From an uncultured delta proteobacterium (GTDB lineage: Bacteria; Desulfobacterota; Binatia; UBA9968), in the NCBI GenBank assembly GCA_963804165.1, contig CAWDPO010000045.1:245643-309642 (forward strand): 64,000 bases of DNA, in the 5' to 3' direction. The notes below the pieces were generated by a model. That model worked only from the letters and a program-made list of their open reading frames with translations, had not been told where the DNA came from and did no database searches. Within the stretch, counting starts at the first letter, position 1. Each line of letters starts with the position of its first letter. The position numbers were made by a program, and so were the translations under genes. Below are positions 20,739 to 31,547 of the stretch, in pieces.

Positions 20739-21464
20739 ATGTACGGTTGGCGCGCTCGCATCGGTCATGTCGCTCCCTCGCGGGGCGATACTTTAGTGTA
20801 CGAGTTTTACAGAATGTTTCCCGAAGGATTTATGATCCTCAATACCACCGGCACCGTGCGCCAGCTGGTCGACGATGACTTCGAGAAGCAACTCGGCCGC
20901 ATCGAGGAGGCCGTGCAAGATCTGGTGGAAAACAACTGCGACTCGATAATTTTCAGCGGTTCGCCGCTTTTCACCCGTCTACCCTTCGGTAGCGACCGTG
21001 AGCTCGGCAGAAAGCTCACGGAAAAATTCGGGGTGCCCGTGGCCGCGGGCCTGACAGCTGAAGTCGAAGCGTTAAAAGCGATCAATTGCCACAAGCTCGT
21101 CGTCGGCACGCCATATCAGGAAGAGCTCAACCAGCGGCTCAAACGCCACCTCGAAGCCTCCGGTTTTGAGGTGTTGCAGATCGCCGGCTACGGCGTGCAA
21201 AAAAATGCCCAGCTCACCGATTTACCGGTTCACGCCTCGTACAAAATCGCCAAGCGTCTCTACGCCAAATCCCGCGGCGCCGACGGTATTTTTATTGCCT
21301 GCCCGCGCTGGCCGACAATTACCGACGTGGCCGTCTTGGAAGAAGAAATCGGCAAGCCGGTGATCACCAGCAGCTTGGCTTGCATCTGGTACGCCATGAA
21401 ATTGATTGACGTTAAGGAAAATGTGAAAGGATTTGGCCGCTTGATGGCAAGTCTGGGAACTTAG
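20739..21464 (+). CDS. Maleate isomerase / AMDase family protein (paralog of 16359..17120)
   Basis: MYGWRARIGH, GTPY, DGIFIACPRW, LEEEIGKPVITS, FGRLM; AGGAGG RBS. Confidence 0.87.
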   Translation: MYGWRARIGHVAPSRGDTLVYEFYRMFPEGFMILNTTGTVRQLVDDDFEKQLGRIEEAVQDLVENNCDSIIFSGSPLFTRLPFGSDRELGRKLTEKFGVPVAAGLTAEVEALKAINCHKLVVGTPYQEELNQRLKRHLEASGFEVLQIAGYGVQKNAQLTDLPVHASYKIAKRLYAKSRGADGIFIACPRWPTITDVAVLEEEIGKPVITSSLACIWYAMKLIDVKENVKGFGRLMASLGT

Positions 21465-21558
21465 TGGAGAAACGTCGCTCGGACTTTGCGTTGCCGGCTT
21501 GTAGCGACCGGTAACTTCGAACGTCTAATCGACAGGTACTCGCAAAGGAGGCAATTAT

Positions 21559-22044
21559 ATGTTCTGGAGTAAAACAGTTTTCTTGACCGGGCTTCTTGGG
21601 AACGGCATTGCTCATATTTTTCAGCCGGAGGCGAACGCCGCGGACTCCGGCCGGGGCGGGAGCTGTCGTCGCGGTGACACGCTTAAATATTCAAGATCTC
21701 GACATGTCGCCCGGATCCATTGTTTGAAGGGCAGCGCGTCCGCGCCTGGAAAGTGCGCATTCGCTTTGACGGACGGCGCGAGTGTGACACCGAAATCGTC
21801 GTCCGCGAAGGTAACACAACGTGCCGGCAGATTCGCGATTTCAAGCTTCGTCCTGGCGTGAATGAAATCGAAATTCCCGTCGCCGAAGGCTTCCGCCTGC
21901 GTGGCCGTGAACATTGCTTCAATGTTCAGGTCGACCTGGACGGCTCTCGGCAGACAAATCGACGCCGACCGGCGCTTCTGCGCGAGCCAAAGATCGGCTT
22001 GGTCGATGCGCGAGCCCGACGACCAGCGGCGCACTGATAGATAA
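21559..22044 (+). CDS. Hypothetical secreted Cys-containing protein split by several indels
   Basis: AAGGAGG RBS plus signal-like start; frames join as CRRGDTLK/IQDLDMSP../EGQRVRAWKVRIRFDGRRECDTEI..EHCFNVQVDLDG/RQIDADRRFCASQRSAWSMREP. Confidence 0.55.
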
Positions 22045-22112
22045 AATCATGTCGCCTTCGCGGTTCAACGAGATTTGCGGGTAATCGGCTCGGACCTGAA
22101 ATGTCGAGCCGA

Positions 22113-23280
22113 TTACCGCAATCTCACCTGACCCCAAACTCTTCTCGCCGTTTCGAGCATTACGTCCAATTTTCGGAACTGCTCATCTTCCGTGAGCAGA
22201 TTGCCGCGCAGGCTCGACGCAAAACCGCACTGCGGGCTGATCGCCAATTGTTCGAGCGCTAGATAGCGCGCGGCCTCGTCGATGCGTCGCCGCAATTCAT
22301 CGACGGTCTCGACTCTTCCGACTTTCGTCGTGATCAAACCCAGCACGGCAATCTTGCCTTTCGGTACGAAACGCAAAGGTGCGAAACTCGCCGGCGCGCT
22401 CGGTATCGTATTCCAGCGAGCAGCCGCTGATGATTCAGACCCGGTAAAGAGTTTTTCGGCGATCGCGTCATAGTGCCCTTCGCGATGCCACATGCTCTGC
22501 CGGTTGCCGCGGCAGATATGCAGGCCGAATGTGACGCCAGGGAAATTTGCGATCAGATCATTGTCGGCTCTAATCGAGCGGTCCATTGTCGCCATCGGCT
22601 CTTCGCCACGCGACTGCATCGCCGCCAGCGAATCGGGATCGATATACGCCGTATAGCCGGGCCCGTCGATGCCAATGTAACGGCACCCCGCTTGGCCAGT
22701 CGTTCGATCATCTGCCGTTCGACCGCCACCACGTCACGCAAAAACTCATTTGTACTCGGATACACCGCGCGCGATGCCACGCTGTCATAGCATTGTTGAA
22801 TCCGATCCGGCGCCGATCAATGTCACTTTGACCGGCCGATCGGTCAGACTTTGAGCAAAGCGAAAATCGTCCAGCAGCGAGTTGCGCAGCAGCGCGAGCC
22901 GCTGCGGTGACGTGCTTGCGATTGAGCAGGATCGGATCCTGCCCTTTATGAGTAACCGTCTCATTGTCATCACCGCGCTTGAGGAGTTCATGATAAGTCT
23001 TCACGCCCGCCTGCCACTCCTCGACGCCGGCGACCACAGCGAAACTTTCCATGAAACTTGTCCGGCGAAACTCGCCATCGACGATAATCGGCAAATTGTG
23101 CGCGACTTGTTTGGCAACGACGTCGCGAATCGCATCATCCTGCGCCTGCTTCAGATCCGCTTCGCCTGCCGTTCCTTCGCCGTATCTGGCAAACGCATCT
23201 TTCACCGACTGCGGTCTTAGTAAACTGCCGACCAGGTCGACACGCATCGATTGGAGATTGACCGTTGATGTGACGTCCAT
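22113..23280 (-). CDS. Cobalamin-independent methionine synthase II (MetE-like single-domain) protein, multiple frameshifts
   Basis: DLVGSLLRP, DGEFRR.SF, GLHICRGN, VLGLITTK, ISPQCGFAS spread over 4 overlapping ORFs. Confidence 0.85.
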
Positions 23281-23339
23281 CAGTTATTTTCCATCCTTTG
23301 AATTTTATTACGCATCGATGCGTATCGATTCAGACCTGT

Positions 23340-24326
23340 TTACCTGCCCTTTTGCTCGATCTCTTTCTTGACTTCGGCCGCCCATCTGAGATCCAAGAAC
23401 TTCTCCGCCGCAACCGGCTTATCCATTTTCATAGGCAGCCTGATTTCGTATTCGAGAATGTTTTTGATTCCTTCCGTCGACGGCACTCCTGGAACCCCTT
23501 GCGGTAGAGCCCGGGAATAACCTTTGATCGCCTCTATCAGCATGGCTTTAGTGATGTTTCTAAGTTGGAGTTTTGGGGTCGCGACTTCGGCGGCTTCGTC
23601 GGGACGCTCGCGCAAGAACATCAGGCCGCGAATCACTGCTCTTACCCACCGTTTGAGCTGCGTCGAGTTTTCCGCAATTTTTTTGTCCGTCGTGACATAG
23701 CCTTGAAACGGTAACGGAAAGATATCGCCGAGGTATGCCAGATTCCGCAAACCCTCTCTCTCCGCCGCGACCGCGCCGGCGGGATCGAGTACCACCGCCG
23801 CCACCGCCCCACTCTTAATGCCGAGAATCTTGTCAGTTGGGCTCGTCCCTAGAGTTATTTTTGTCACATCCTTTGCCGACAGGCCGCCGCGCTCGACGAA
23901 CAGAGTGGTAAATCGGTCCTCGCTGTCGCCGAGCAAAGCAACGCCGATCTTTTTTCCTCTAAGATCTGCCACCTGCGAGATTGATGGATGAACGATTAAA
24001 TACCAGGTGGGCCGTTCGGTTTGGTACATGATCGCTTTGAGCGGCGCGCCCTTGACCGCCGCTCTCAGTCCGCTTCCACCCGCGCCGCTGTAGTCGACAT
24101 CGCCGCTAATCAACGCCGCGATCCCCGCCGGTCCGCCGATGACGATCGTCTCGTTTTCCAATCCCTCGTCTTTGAAGAATCCTCTGGCATCCGCCGAAAA
24201 TATCGACAAGTAATTCAAATTCAACCCAGGCACGGACGTGCGAATTTTTTCGGCTGCGGCCTTGCCTTCGAAATGAAATGCCAGCAGCGTCGCCAGGAGC
24301 AAGCAACGACCAAACATGATCGACAT
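23340..24326 (-). CDS. ABC-type substrate-binding protein, SsuA/THI5-like
   Basis: Signal peptide, RGFFKDEGLE, DLRGKKIGV; AGGAG RBS. Confidence 0.88.
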   Translation of the reverse strand: MSIMFGRCLLLATLLAFHFEGKAAAEKIRTSVPGLNLNYLSIFSADARGFFKDEGLENETIVIGGPAGIAALISGDVDYSGAGGSGLRAAVKGAPLKAIMYQTERPTWYLIVHPSISQVADLRGKKIGVALLGDSEDRFTTLFVERGGLSAKDVTKITLGTSPTDKILGIKSGAVAAVVLDPAGAVAAEREGLRNLAYLGDIFPLPFQGYVTTDKKIAENSTQLKRWVRAVIRGLMFLRERPDEAAEVATPKLQLRNITKAMLIEAIKGYSRALPQGVPGVPSTEGIKNILEYEIRLPMKMDKPVAAEKFLDLRWAAEVKKEIEQKGR

Positions 24327-24347
24327 GCTTTTTTTCTCCTTCTTGCG

Positions 24348-25310
24348 TTAGCGCTCGCCCAACTCGCGAACCGCCTGCTGCAAATAACTTTGATCGATAT
24401 ACTTTGACGGATCCGGCGGCGCTCCTTTGATCTGCTCCGCATAGACCTGCATCGTAAACTTTAGACCTTCGAGATTAATCTCCGAGCTCGGATGCCAGAT
24501 GCGGTTTGTCGTGTAGTACTCCCAGCCGCGCCGCGCCAGTTCCGGCTGAAGAGGAATCTCTTTGGCGAGAAAATCGATCGCTAGTTCTTTGTTCGCGTAG
24601 AGCCAGCGGTGCGCGCGGACCGCGCCTTTCAGGAAGCGCACCAGCAGGCCGCGGTTGCGTTCCGCCCAAGCGCGCTTCACCGCCAAGACGGAGAGCTGGT
24701 AGTTGGGAAAATAATCTCGGTAATGGCCAAGCACGTGAAAGCCCTGCTGCACTGCGGTGTGATCTAGGGGTACGACCAAATAGGTCGCGCCGATCTGTCC
24801 CGAACTCAGTGCGGCAAGATTGAAACTGCCGCCGCCGACCGCGAGAAGTTTGTAGTCTGCCGGATATTCAAGTCCATTTTGCTTGAGAATGCGCTTCAGC
24901 ACATTGGTCGCGCCCGAAGTGAGCACCTGTACGCCGATGGTCGCGCCGCGCAGATCTTTAATAGTCTTGTAGCTCTTCGCCGCAACGATCGCCTGCGTCA
25001 GGCCATTGACTACGCCTCCCACGGCCACGAGGTCCGCGCCGGCCGCTGTCGCGCCGATGGTGGCGTCCGCCGAACCGAGAGCCAGATACAACGATTCGCT
25101 CACCAGCGCTTGCATCGTGATGGCGGTCCCGCGCAGTAGAACCGGCTGGACGTCCAATCCGAATTCATCGAAAAAACCCTTCTTCGTCGCCAGCCAAAAC
25201 ATGTTGGTGCCGACGGTTTTCGTGCCGACTCCGACAGGAAATTTTATTTTCTCCTGCGCGGAAACAGAACCGCATACAAATGTGAAGGCAGTGAAAACGA
25301 ACGGAAACAA
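24348..25310 (-). CDS. ABC-type substrate-binding protein, SsuA/THI5-like (start uncertain)
   Basis: KKGFFDEFGLDV, DLRGATIGV, KYIDQSYLQQA. Confidence 0.87.
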   Translation of the reverse strand: MFPFVFTAFTFVCGSVSAQEKIKFPVGVGTKTVGTNMFWLATKKGFFDEFGLDVQPVLLRGTAITMQALVSESLYLALGSADATIGATAAGADLVAVGGVVNGLTQAIVAAKSYKTIKDLRGATIGVQVLTSGATNVLKRILKQNGLEYPADYKLLAVGGGSFNLAALSSGQIGATYLVVPLDHTAVQQGFHVLGHYRDYFPNYQLSVLAVKRAWAERNRGLLVRFLKGAVRAHRWLYANKELAIDFLAKEIPLQPELARRGWEYYTTNRIWHPSSEINLEGLKFTMQVYAEQIKGAPPDPSKYIDQSYLQQAVRELGER

Positions 25311-25575
25311 TCTCGTGCCGCGATTCCTGTTCGTCCTGGCTCACTCAGTAACGCATCGCAGCAAGACCAGTCCTGCCATACACCATTCTTGAATAGAGCC
25401 CCGACTACGGCGGCGCATCGAGGCATCCCATCAATCTGTGGAGAAACTACTGCACGCGGCCAATCAGCGTCAACCATGATTTAGTTCGGGCTCACTGACG
25501 AGCTTTGACATAAAACTTGACACCAAAGCCGCGAACATGATTTACCGGAAACGCGTAGATAGGTGTGGAGATTAA

Positions 25576-26574
25576 ATGATGAGGTTTCCCGGCCGGCTGC
25601 AAAGTCTATTTTCCCTCAGCCTGCTCGCATTCGTCTTTGTCAGTGCAAACTCGGCCGACGCTCAAGCGCCAAAGCTGCGGGTCGCTTATACGGCCTTTGC
25701 CGGAACTTTTACAATTCTTTGGGTCGGCAAAGACGCCGGTCTGTACCAAAAGCACGGCGCCGACATGGAGCTGCTTTACATCGGCTCCAGCACTCGAGCG
25801 GTCCAAGCGCTGCTGGCCGGCGATCTCGACATCGTTTATTCGGCCGCCGGCGCGGTGGTCGATGCCAATCTCGCCGGAGCCGACCTGGTAATGGTCGGCT
25901 GTCAGTACGACACTGGACAATCATCGTTCTTCACAACTTCTGCCCTAGCCAGCATCGGTGATCTGAAAGGCAAAGCTGTCGGTGTCTCCCGCTTCGGCGC
26001 CTTCTCTGACTTCGTGGCGCGCCACGTGCTGAAGAAAAATCGTCTCCAGCCCATCAAGGATGTTGCGTTCATTCAACTCGGCGGCACCCAAGAGATCATC
26101 GCAGCCATGCAAAAAAATCTCGTCCAGGGCGGATCGATTTCGCTGCCACTCACTCTGCAGGCGAGGAAGTTGGGATTTAGAGAACTGCTCACCACTGAAA
26201 CCATCGCGCTGCCATTTGATTATGGCTGCTTCATCGTGAAGAATTCATATCTCAAAGCCAAACGCGACGAGCTCAAGCGAGTCCTGCGCGCCACGATCGC
26301 CGCTTATGATCTGGCGATTCAGGACCCGGCATTCGCCAAACGGTCGGTCGGCAAATACACGCGAACAACAGACGGCGAAACGCTGGACGCAACTTACAAA
26401 GAGAATGTCAAAGATTACGCGCTGAGAATTCCTTATGTTTCGCTTGCGGGACTTACCTCCATCATCGACTTTCGCGCCGAAACGAGCGCCGAAGTGAAAA
26501 AACTGGCGCTGGAGAAAATGTACGACAACTCGTTGCTTCAAGAAATTCAAAAAGAGGCTCCTGCAGTAAAATAG
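25576..26574 (+). CDS. ABC-type substrate-binding protein, SsuA/THI5-like
   Basis: Signal peptide, GLYQKHG, DLKGKAVGVSRFGA, YDNSLLQEI. Confidence 0.9.
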   Translation: MMRFPGRLQSLFSLSLLAFVFVSANSADAQAPKLRVAYTAFAGTFTILWVGKDAGLYQKHGADMELLYIGSSTRAVQALLAGDLDIVYSAAGAVVDANLAGADLVMVGCQYDTGQSSFFTTSALASIGDLKGKAVGVSRFGAFSDFVARHVLKKNRLQPIKDVAFIQLGGTQEIIAAMQKNLVQGGSISLPLTLQARKLGFRELLTTETIALPFDYGCFIVKNSYLKAKRDELKRVLRATIAAYDLAIQDPAFAKRSVGKYTRTTDGETLDATYKENVKDYALRIPYVSLAGLTSIIDFRAETSAEVKKLALEKMYDNSLLQEIQKEAPAVK

Positions 26575-26585
26575 GGATTATCGCC

Positions 26586-27677
26586 ATGAAACTCGGACTG
26601 TTCGATCACATGCAAAAGCACGACAGCCCAGCTCGCTCCTACGTCGACCTGTACCGGAATCACTTGGAAGTTCTGGAATTTGCCGATCAAGTCGGCATGG
26701 ATTTTTATTTCGTCGCCGAACACCACTTCGACATGGGCTTTTCCGAGTGTCCAAGCCCCGGCGCTTTTCTCGGCGCCGCTTCGCAGAGAACGAAGAATAT
26801 CCGCCTTGGCCCCTTGGTTTACGTCCTACCTTTGTGGAATCCCATTCGAGTCGCCGAAGAGATTGCGCTGCTTGACAACCTCACGGAAGGACGCTTGGAA
26901 TGTGGTTTCGGCGCAGGCATCGGGCCGTTTAGCTTTGCCGCCTACAACATCCCCTGGGACCAGAAGCGCGAAATGACACTGGAAGCGCTGCACATCATCA
27001 AAGGCATTTGGACGCATGAATCCTTCACTTTCGAAGGCCGTTACTTCAAATGTAAGGACATTGACTCGTCGATTCCGCTCGTGCAAAAGCCCCATCCGCC
27101 GCTTTGGATGCCGACGCGGAGCAAGGATTCCATCGAGGAAGCCGCCTCCACGGGCGTCAGCACGATCCAATGGGTTCCAGCGGGAATGAAAGCGGCGCGC
27201 AAAGCTTTCGACGAATATCGCTCCGTCTATAAACGCACCCGGCCGTCGGGGCCGAAGCCGCACATCGGCTTGATGCGCGAAATTTTCGTGGCGGAAAGTG
27301 ATCGGCAAGCGCGCGCCGACGGCGAGTTCCACTGGAAGAATTTTTGGGAACGCCGTGGCGGCGCGCGCACATACGGCGCCCACGGGTCGACTGGACTATC
27401 GACGATTCTCGATGGCAGCCGCCGGGGCGAACTGATGGATATGAACCACTCGATCGCCGAAGGCTCATTTATTTGCGGCGCACCGGAAACCGTCGTCGGA
27501 CAGATCAAGAAAATCGCCATCGAAGCCGGCGCCGACACGTTTCTCGGCGAATTTACCTTCGGCGAGCTAACCCAGAAACAGTCCCTTAACTCGCTCCGAC
27601 TCTTCACCGAACAAGTCATGCCGGAGCTAAGAAAGTTCGACATCGACGCGCTCAATTTTCCCAAGGCAGATACGTGA
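26586..27677 (+). CDS. LLM-class flavin-dependent oxidoreductase
   Basis: FVAEHHF, RVAEEIALLDNLTEGRLECGFGAG, VQKPHPPLW, SLRLFTEQVMP. Confidence 0.92.
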   Translation: MKLGLFDHMQKHDSPARSYVDLYRNHLEVLEFADQVGMDFYFVAEHHFDMGFSECPSPGAFLGAASQRTKNIRLGPLVYVLPLWNPIRVAEEIALLDNLTEGRLECGFGAGIGPFSFAAYNIPWDQKREMTLEALHIIKGIWTHESFTFEGRYFKCKDIDSSIPLVQKPHPPLWMPTRSKDSIEEAASTGVSTIQWVPAGMKAARKAFDEYRSVYKRTRPSGPKPHIGLMREIFVAESDRQARADGEFHWKNFWERRGGARTYGAHGSTGLSTILDGSRRGELMDMNHSIAEGSFICGAPETVVGQIKKIAIEAGADTFLGEFTFGELTQKQSLNSLRLFTEQVMPELRKFDIDALNFPKADT

Positions 27678-27739
27678 TATTCCCTGTGGAAGGACCCGAA
27701 TTCCGCGGCGCTACATCCGGGACACGCGAATGTTTCCTG

Positions 27740-27880
27740 AATTCGAAATAGAACTCGAAACTCAAGTCCGAATCGGGTTTGTTTGGAAGATTGGATTTTT
27801 GTCCTTTGACATTGTTTCGAGCTTCGGATCTTGTGCTGCGAATTTACTCGTTCATCCTTTGCGATCCTTGCGGCTAAATA
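27740..27880. repeat. Degenerate heptamer-type intergenic repeat (TTCGAAA/TTTCGAG arms) plus CTTTGCG repeat
   Basis: ATTCGAAATAGAACTCGAAACTC ... TTGTTTCGAGCTTCGGATCTTGTGCTGCGAATTT form imperfect inverted arms; CTTTGCGATCCTTGCGG follows. Confidence 0.4.
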
Positions 27881-27915
27881 TCTTCTCTTGAACCCCTCAA
27901 AAATTCGGAGGCGTC

Positions 27916-28890
27916 ATGATTCACACGCGCATTTGCGATCTTCTCGGCATTCGACATCCAATTGTTCTCGGCGGCATGGGCACGGCTACCACTGCGCCGC
28001 TCGTCGCCGCGGTCTCCAACGCCGCCGGCTTCGGCACCCTCGGCACGTCGGCGTTCAACGCCGCGACGCTTGAAACCGAAATCGCCTCGATCCGCGAGCG
28101 CACCGATAAACCATTCGGCGTCAATCATCTGTTGTTTCAGATCCAAGAAGATATGTTCGCGGTCACGCTGCGTGCCCGGCCAACGGTCGCCGCCTTCGCT
28201 TGGGCGCGCAAAGACCAAAATCTGCGCGACTATTTTCAGCGCGCACACGACGCCGGTTGCAAAGTCATGTACATGGCGGGGGAAGTTCCCGAAGCGATGC
28301 GTGCCGCGGAAGCCGGGACCGACGTCCTCGTCGCCCAGGGCACCGAAGCCGGCGGCCATGTGGCGTGGATGTCGTCGCTCCCGCTGGTGCCGATGATGGT
28401 CAAAGCGGTAGCGCCGTTACCGGTCCTTTCCGCTGGCGGTATCGCCGACGGCCGCGGACTCGCCGGGGCCCTTGCGTTGGGCGCCGAAGGAGTGTTGCTC
28501 GGCACACGCTTCATGGCCACGCCGGAAGCGCCGATCCATGCGAACTTCAAGCAAGCGATTGTCAAAAGCGACGGTCACGATACGGTCCTGACCGAGATCC
28601 CCGATCTCGCCAGCCAACGGGTGTGGCCAGGCGCGATGTCACGAGCCCAGCGCAATCAATTTATCGAACGATGGGCAGGCCGTGAATGGATGGTGCGGCA
28701 AAACGCAAAGGAGATCGGTCAGCAAGTAGCCGCAGCGCGCGCTGCCGGTGACATTCACAACGCTTCGCTTTCGTTCGGCCAAGATGCCGGCTTGATCGAT
28801 TCGATCAAAAGCGTCAGAGAAGTCGTTCAGGACATAGTGTCGGAGGCGGAGGAAATTATAAAAACCCGTCTGTCCTCTCTGTTGCAATAA
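27916..28890 (+). CDS. Nitronate monooxygenase / enoyl-ACP reductase II family flavoprotein
   Basis: LGIRHPIVLGGMG, TDKPFGVN, QGTEAGGH, AGGIADGRG, GTRFMAT.EA, GQDAGLI. Confidence 0.92.
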   Translation: MIHTRICDLLGIRHPIVLGGMGTATTAPLVAAVSNAAGFGTLGTSAFNAATLETEIASIRERTDKPFGVNHLLFQIQEDMFAVTLRARPTVAAFAWARKDQNLRDYFQRAHDAGCKVMYMAGEVPEAMRAAEAGTDVLVAQGTEAGGHVAWMSSLPLVPMMVKAVAPLPVLSAGGIADGRGLAGALALGAEGVLLGTRFMATPEAPIHANFKQAIVKSDGHDTVLTEIPDLASQRVWPGAMSRAQRNQFIERWAGREWMVRQNAKEIGQQVAAARAAGDIHNASLSFGQDAGLIDSIKSVREVVQDIVSEAEEIIKTRLSSLLQ

Positions 28891-28967
28891 TCGCCACAGC
28901 CAAGACCGTGAGCCCTGGCGTATGAGATCGCGCCTTTTTTCGCGCAACGCCCTACTGCTATTTGCGA

Positions 28968-30297
28968 TCATGCTCCGGCAAGTTCAGCTACTGCGGGCAT
29001 TTGCGGTTCTGTACGTTCAGTCCGGCGAATTGTTAGCGCAAGACAGGCAGCGACCAAGGCTAAACAATCGCCAGTCAAAAAAGCGTACTGATAATGACCG
29101 AACTCGACGCGTGCCCAGCCGCCAAGAATGGCAGCGGAGGCGGCGCCGAGTTGGTGCGAAACGAAAACTGTTCCGAAGATTGTGCCCACGCGCTCGGAGC
29201 CGAAGGCGCGTGCGATGATCGTCGTGGTTGCGGGGCCAGAAGCGTACCAATCGAGACCATACAACTCGCGAACATAAATAGCGCCAAACGGCTCTGAGAC
29301 GAAGGGCAACATGAGCAGCGCCGAGCCGCGCAGCCCGTAGACGACGGCAAGAACTTTGCGCGGATCGATGCGGTCCACCAGGTAACCGGAAAACGTCGTG
29401 CCGATAAAACTCGCCCCGCCCATGATTCCGACCGCTGCGGCGGCCGTCACCTGCGGAATACCCCGTTCAATCGCATGCGGGATCAGATGCGTGCCGATGA
29501 GACCGTTGGCGGTGACATCGCAAATAAAAAAACAGCCGGCGAGAATCCAAAACGTCGAGGTTTTGACGACCTCCGACATTGCTGACATCGACATCGGGCG
29601 AATTTCCCCACGCGCGAAACGGGCGGGCCGTTTTTGCGAGCTATTTTCCTTGCCCGATCGGTAGGGCTCGAGACCCACGTCGGCGGGATTATCGCGCATC
29701 CAGAACCAAATTGCCGGGATCAGCAATGTTGCCGTCATCGTAATCATCATCAACGCGCTGCGCCAACCCGTGGCGAGGATGACGGACATCAACGACGGCA
29801 GAAAAACAATTTGTCCGGCGGCGCCGGCATTGGTCATGATGCCCGACTGCCAAACCGCGCCGGTCGACGAACCAACGGGCGGCGATGCTCGCGCCGAGCG
29901 CCGGAGTGATTCCGGTCGCGATGCCCAGGACGACCCCACACACAAGAATCAGTTGCCAAAGTTGCTGAACCAAAATTACGCCATTCAACCCAACCGCAAT
30001 GGTCGTAAGACTGCCGAGGATGACGCGGCGCGCTCCGAAACGATCGATCAACCAACCGCCCGCCGGAGCAAACAATCCCAAAAGCAAGAGATTCAGGCTT
30101 GCCGCCGAAGCGATTGCCGCCCGCGTCCAGCCGAACTCCGCCTCGAGCGGGTGAATAAGCACCGACGGCGCCGAGCGAATCCCGGCGGCGGTCAAGTTGG
30201 CGAGGAAACTCAGCGCAACGACAAACCAGCCATAATAGAACGGAACTGCGAGCGGCAGACGCTGTTTCTCGTCCGCATCGCCGTTATCCATGTTCAT
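28968..30297 (-). CDS. MFS transporter, frameshift near 29844
   Basis: FYYGWFVV, PLEAEFGWTR, GWLIDRFGARR, RWFVDRRGLAVG joined to IMTNAGAAGQ by removing one G; HQLGAA. Confidence 0.87.
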
Positions 30298-30398
30298 CGT
30301 CTAGTACAAAACAGCACACCGTCGAATGGAATTAGATCGTGAAAATCCCTGAATCGTGAGCCGACGAGTGCAACGACGGACTGGCATGCCATCGCAAT

Positions 30399-31363
30399 TC
30401 AGCGCAACTCGACGATGACGCCTTCACCGCCCCGCAGACGAAGTTCAGCGCCTAATTTGTCTTGTCCCCGATCGAGATGAGTCGAAACGAGCAACGAGCC
30501 TGGGCTTCGAGCTCGCTCAAATTAAATCTGCGTTCCTGGGACCGAGATTAAGCACGATCAAAAATCTGCGCTCACCTGCTTTTCGCATATAGGCGACTAA
30601 ATCGTCGCCGGCCGGCAACGGCGAATATTCTCCGACGGAAAGCGCCGGTTCCTTTCTGCGCAGTTCGATCAAGCGACGATAGAGCGCGAGTATCGAGCTT
30701 GGATCGTCGCTCTCAACGGACACGTTGAAGTTTTGGTAATCGGTTGCGATCGGCAACCACGGCTCGCCGGTCGTGAAGCCGGCGCTTGTGCCACCACTCC
30801 ATTGCATCGGCGTGCGCACGGGATCACGGCCGAGTCCCAGACCCGGCACATTCTTTTCGAAGGGATCTTGCACCCGCCCAACTGGGATCGGCACATCGCG
30901 CATGCCGAGCTCGTCGCCATAATACATCGTCGGGGTGCCGCGCAGGGTTAGAAGCAGCATCGCTGCCACCCGTGCTTGCGCGAGCCCAGTGCGCGTGGCG
31001 ATCCGTGGCTTGTCGTGATTGCCGAGCACCCAATTGGGCCATCCGTAGGACGGCAAAAGCGCTTCATAGCGCTCGACGGCGGCGGCAATCTCTTTAGCTT
31101 TCCATGGCAACCGGATCAGCTGAAAATTAAACGGCAGATGCGCGCCTTTTCCGCTCGCGCCGTAGTAGGCCATGAGCCGCTCCATGGGGAGATAGATCTC
31201 GCCGACCAACATGCGATCATCGAACTCCTCAACAACTCCGCGCGATGCTGTCACCGTTGCTGTCCATGAAGGAACGTGGGTAAAACTGATAAATAATACC
31301 GCGTTCCCACCAGCGAAAATTTTCCAACTCGGCGTTTTCGTGAACTGCAACTTCGTTGGTCAT
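30399..31363 (-). pseudogene. GH13 alpha-glucosidase with a large internal deletion
   Basis: N-terminus MTNE..WWERGIIYQFYPRSFMDSNGDSI abuts RGVVEEFDDRMLVGEIYLP; NWVLGNHD, GTPTMYYGDE and RDPVRTPMQW present; nucleophile region absent. Confidence 0.85.
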
Positions 31364-31547
31364 TTCAATCCCTCGCCTTCCCCTTCGGCGCCTTACACGC
31401 TAGAGGGCGCACGGTCACATATCGCGAGATAGTGAATAGCGCGCGTTATCGAATTATAAACTGTTTCGAGATTTTCGGGGAGTGTAGGATGGCGTGGTCC
31501 GTTAGAAGTTCAGGCGTGCAGGTCCCTAACCAGGGATTTTTGATTCG

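Noticed and set aside
21621-22034. Minus-strand 137-aa ORF
   Set aside because: The opposite strand has an RBS, a signal-like start and a more protein-like sequence
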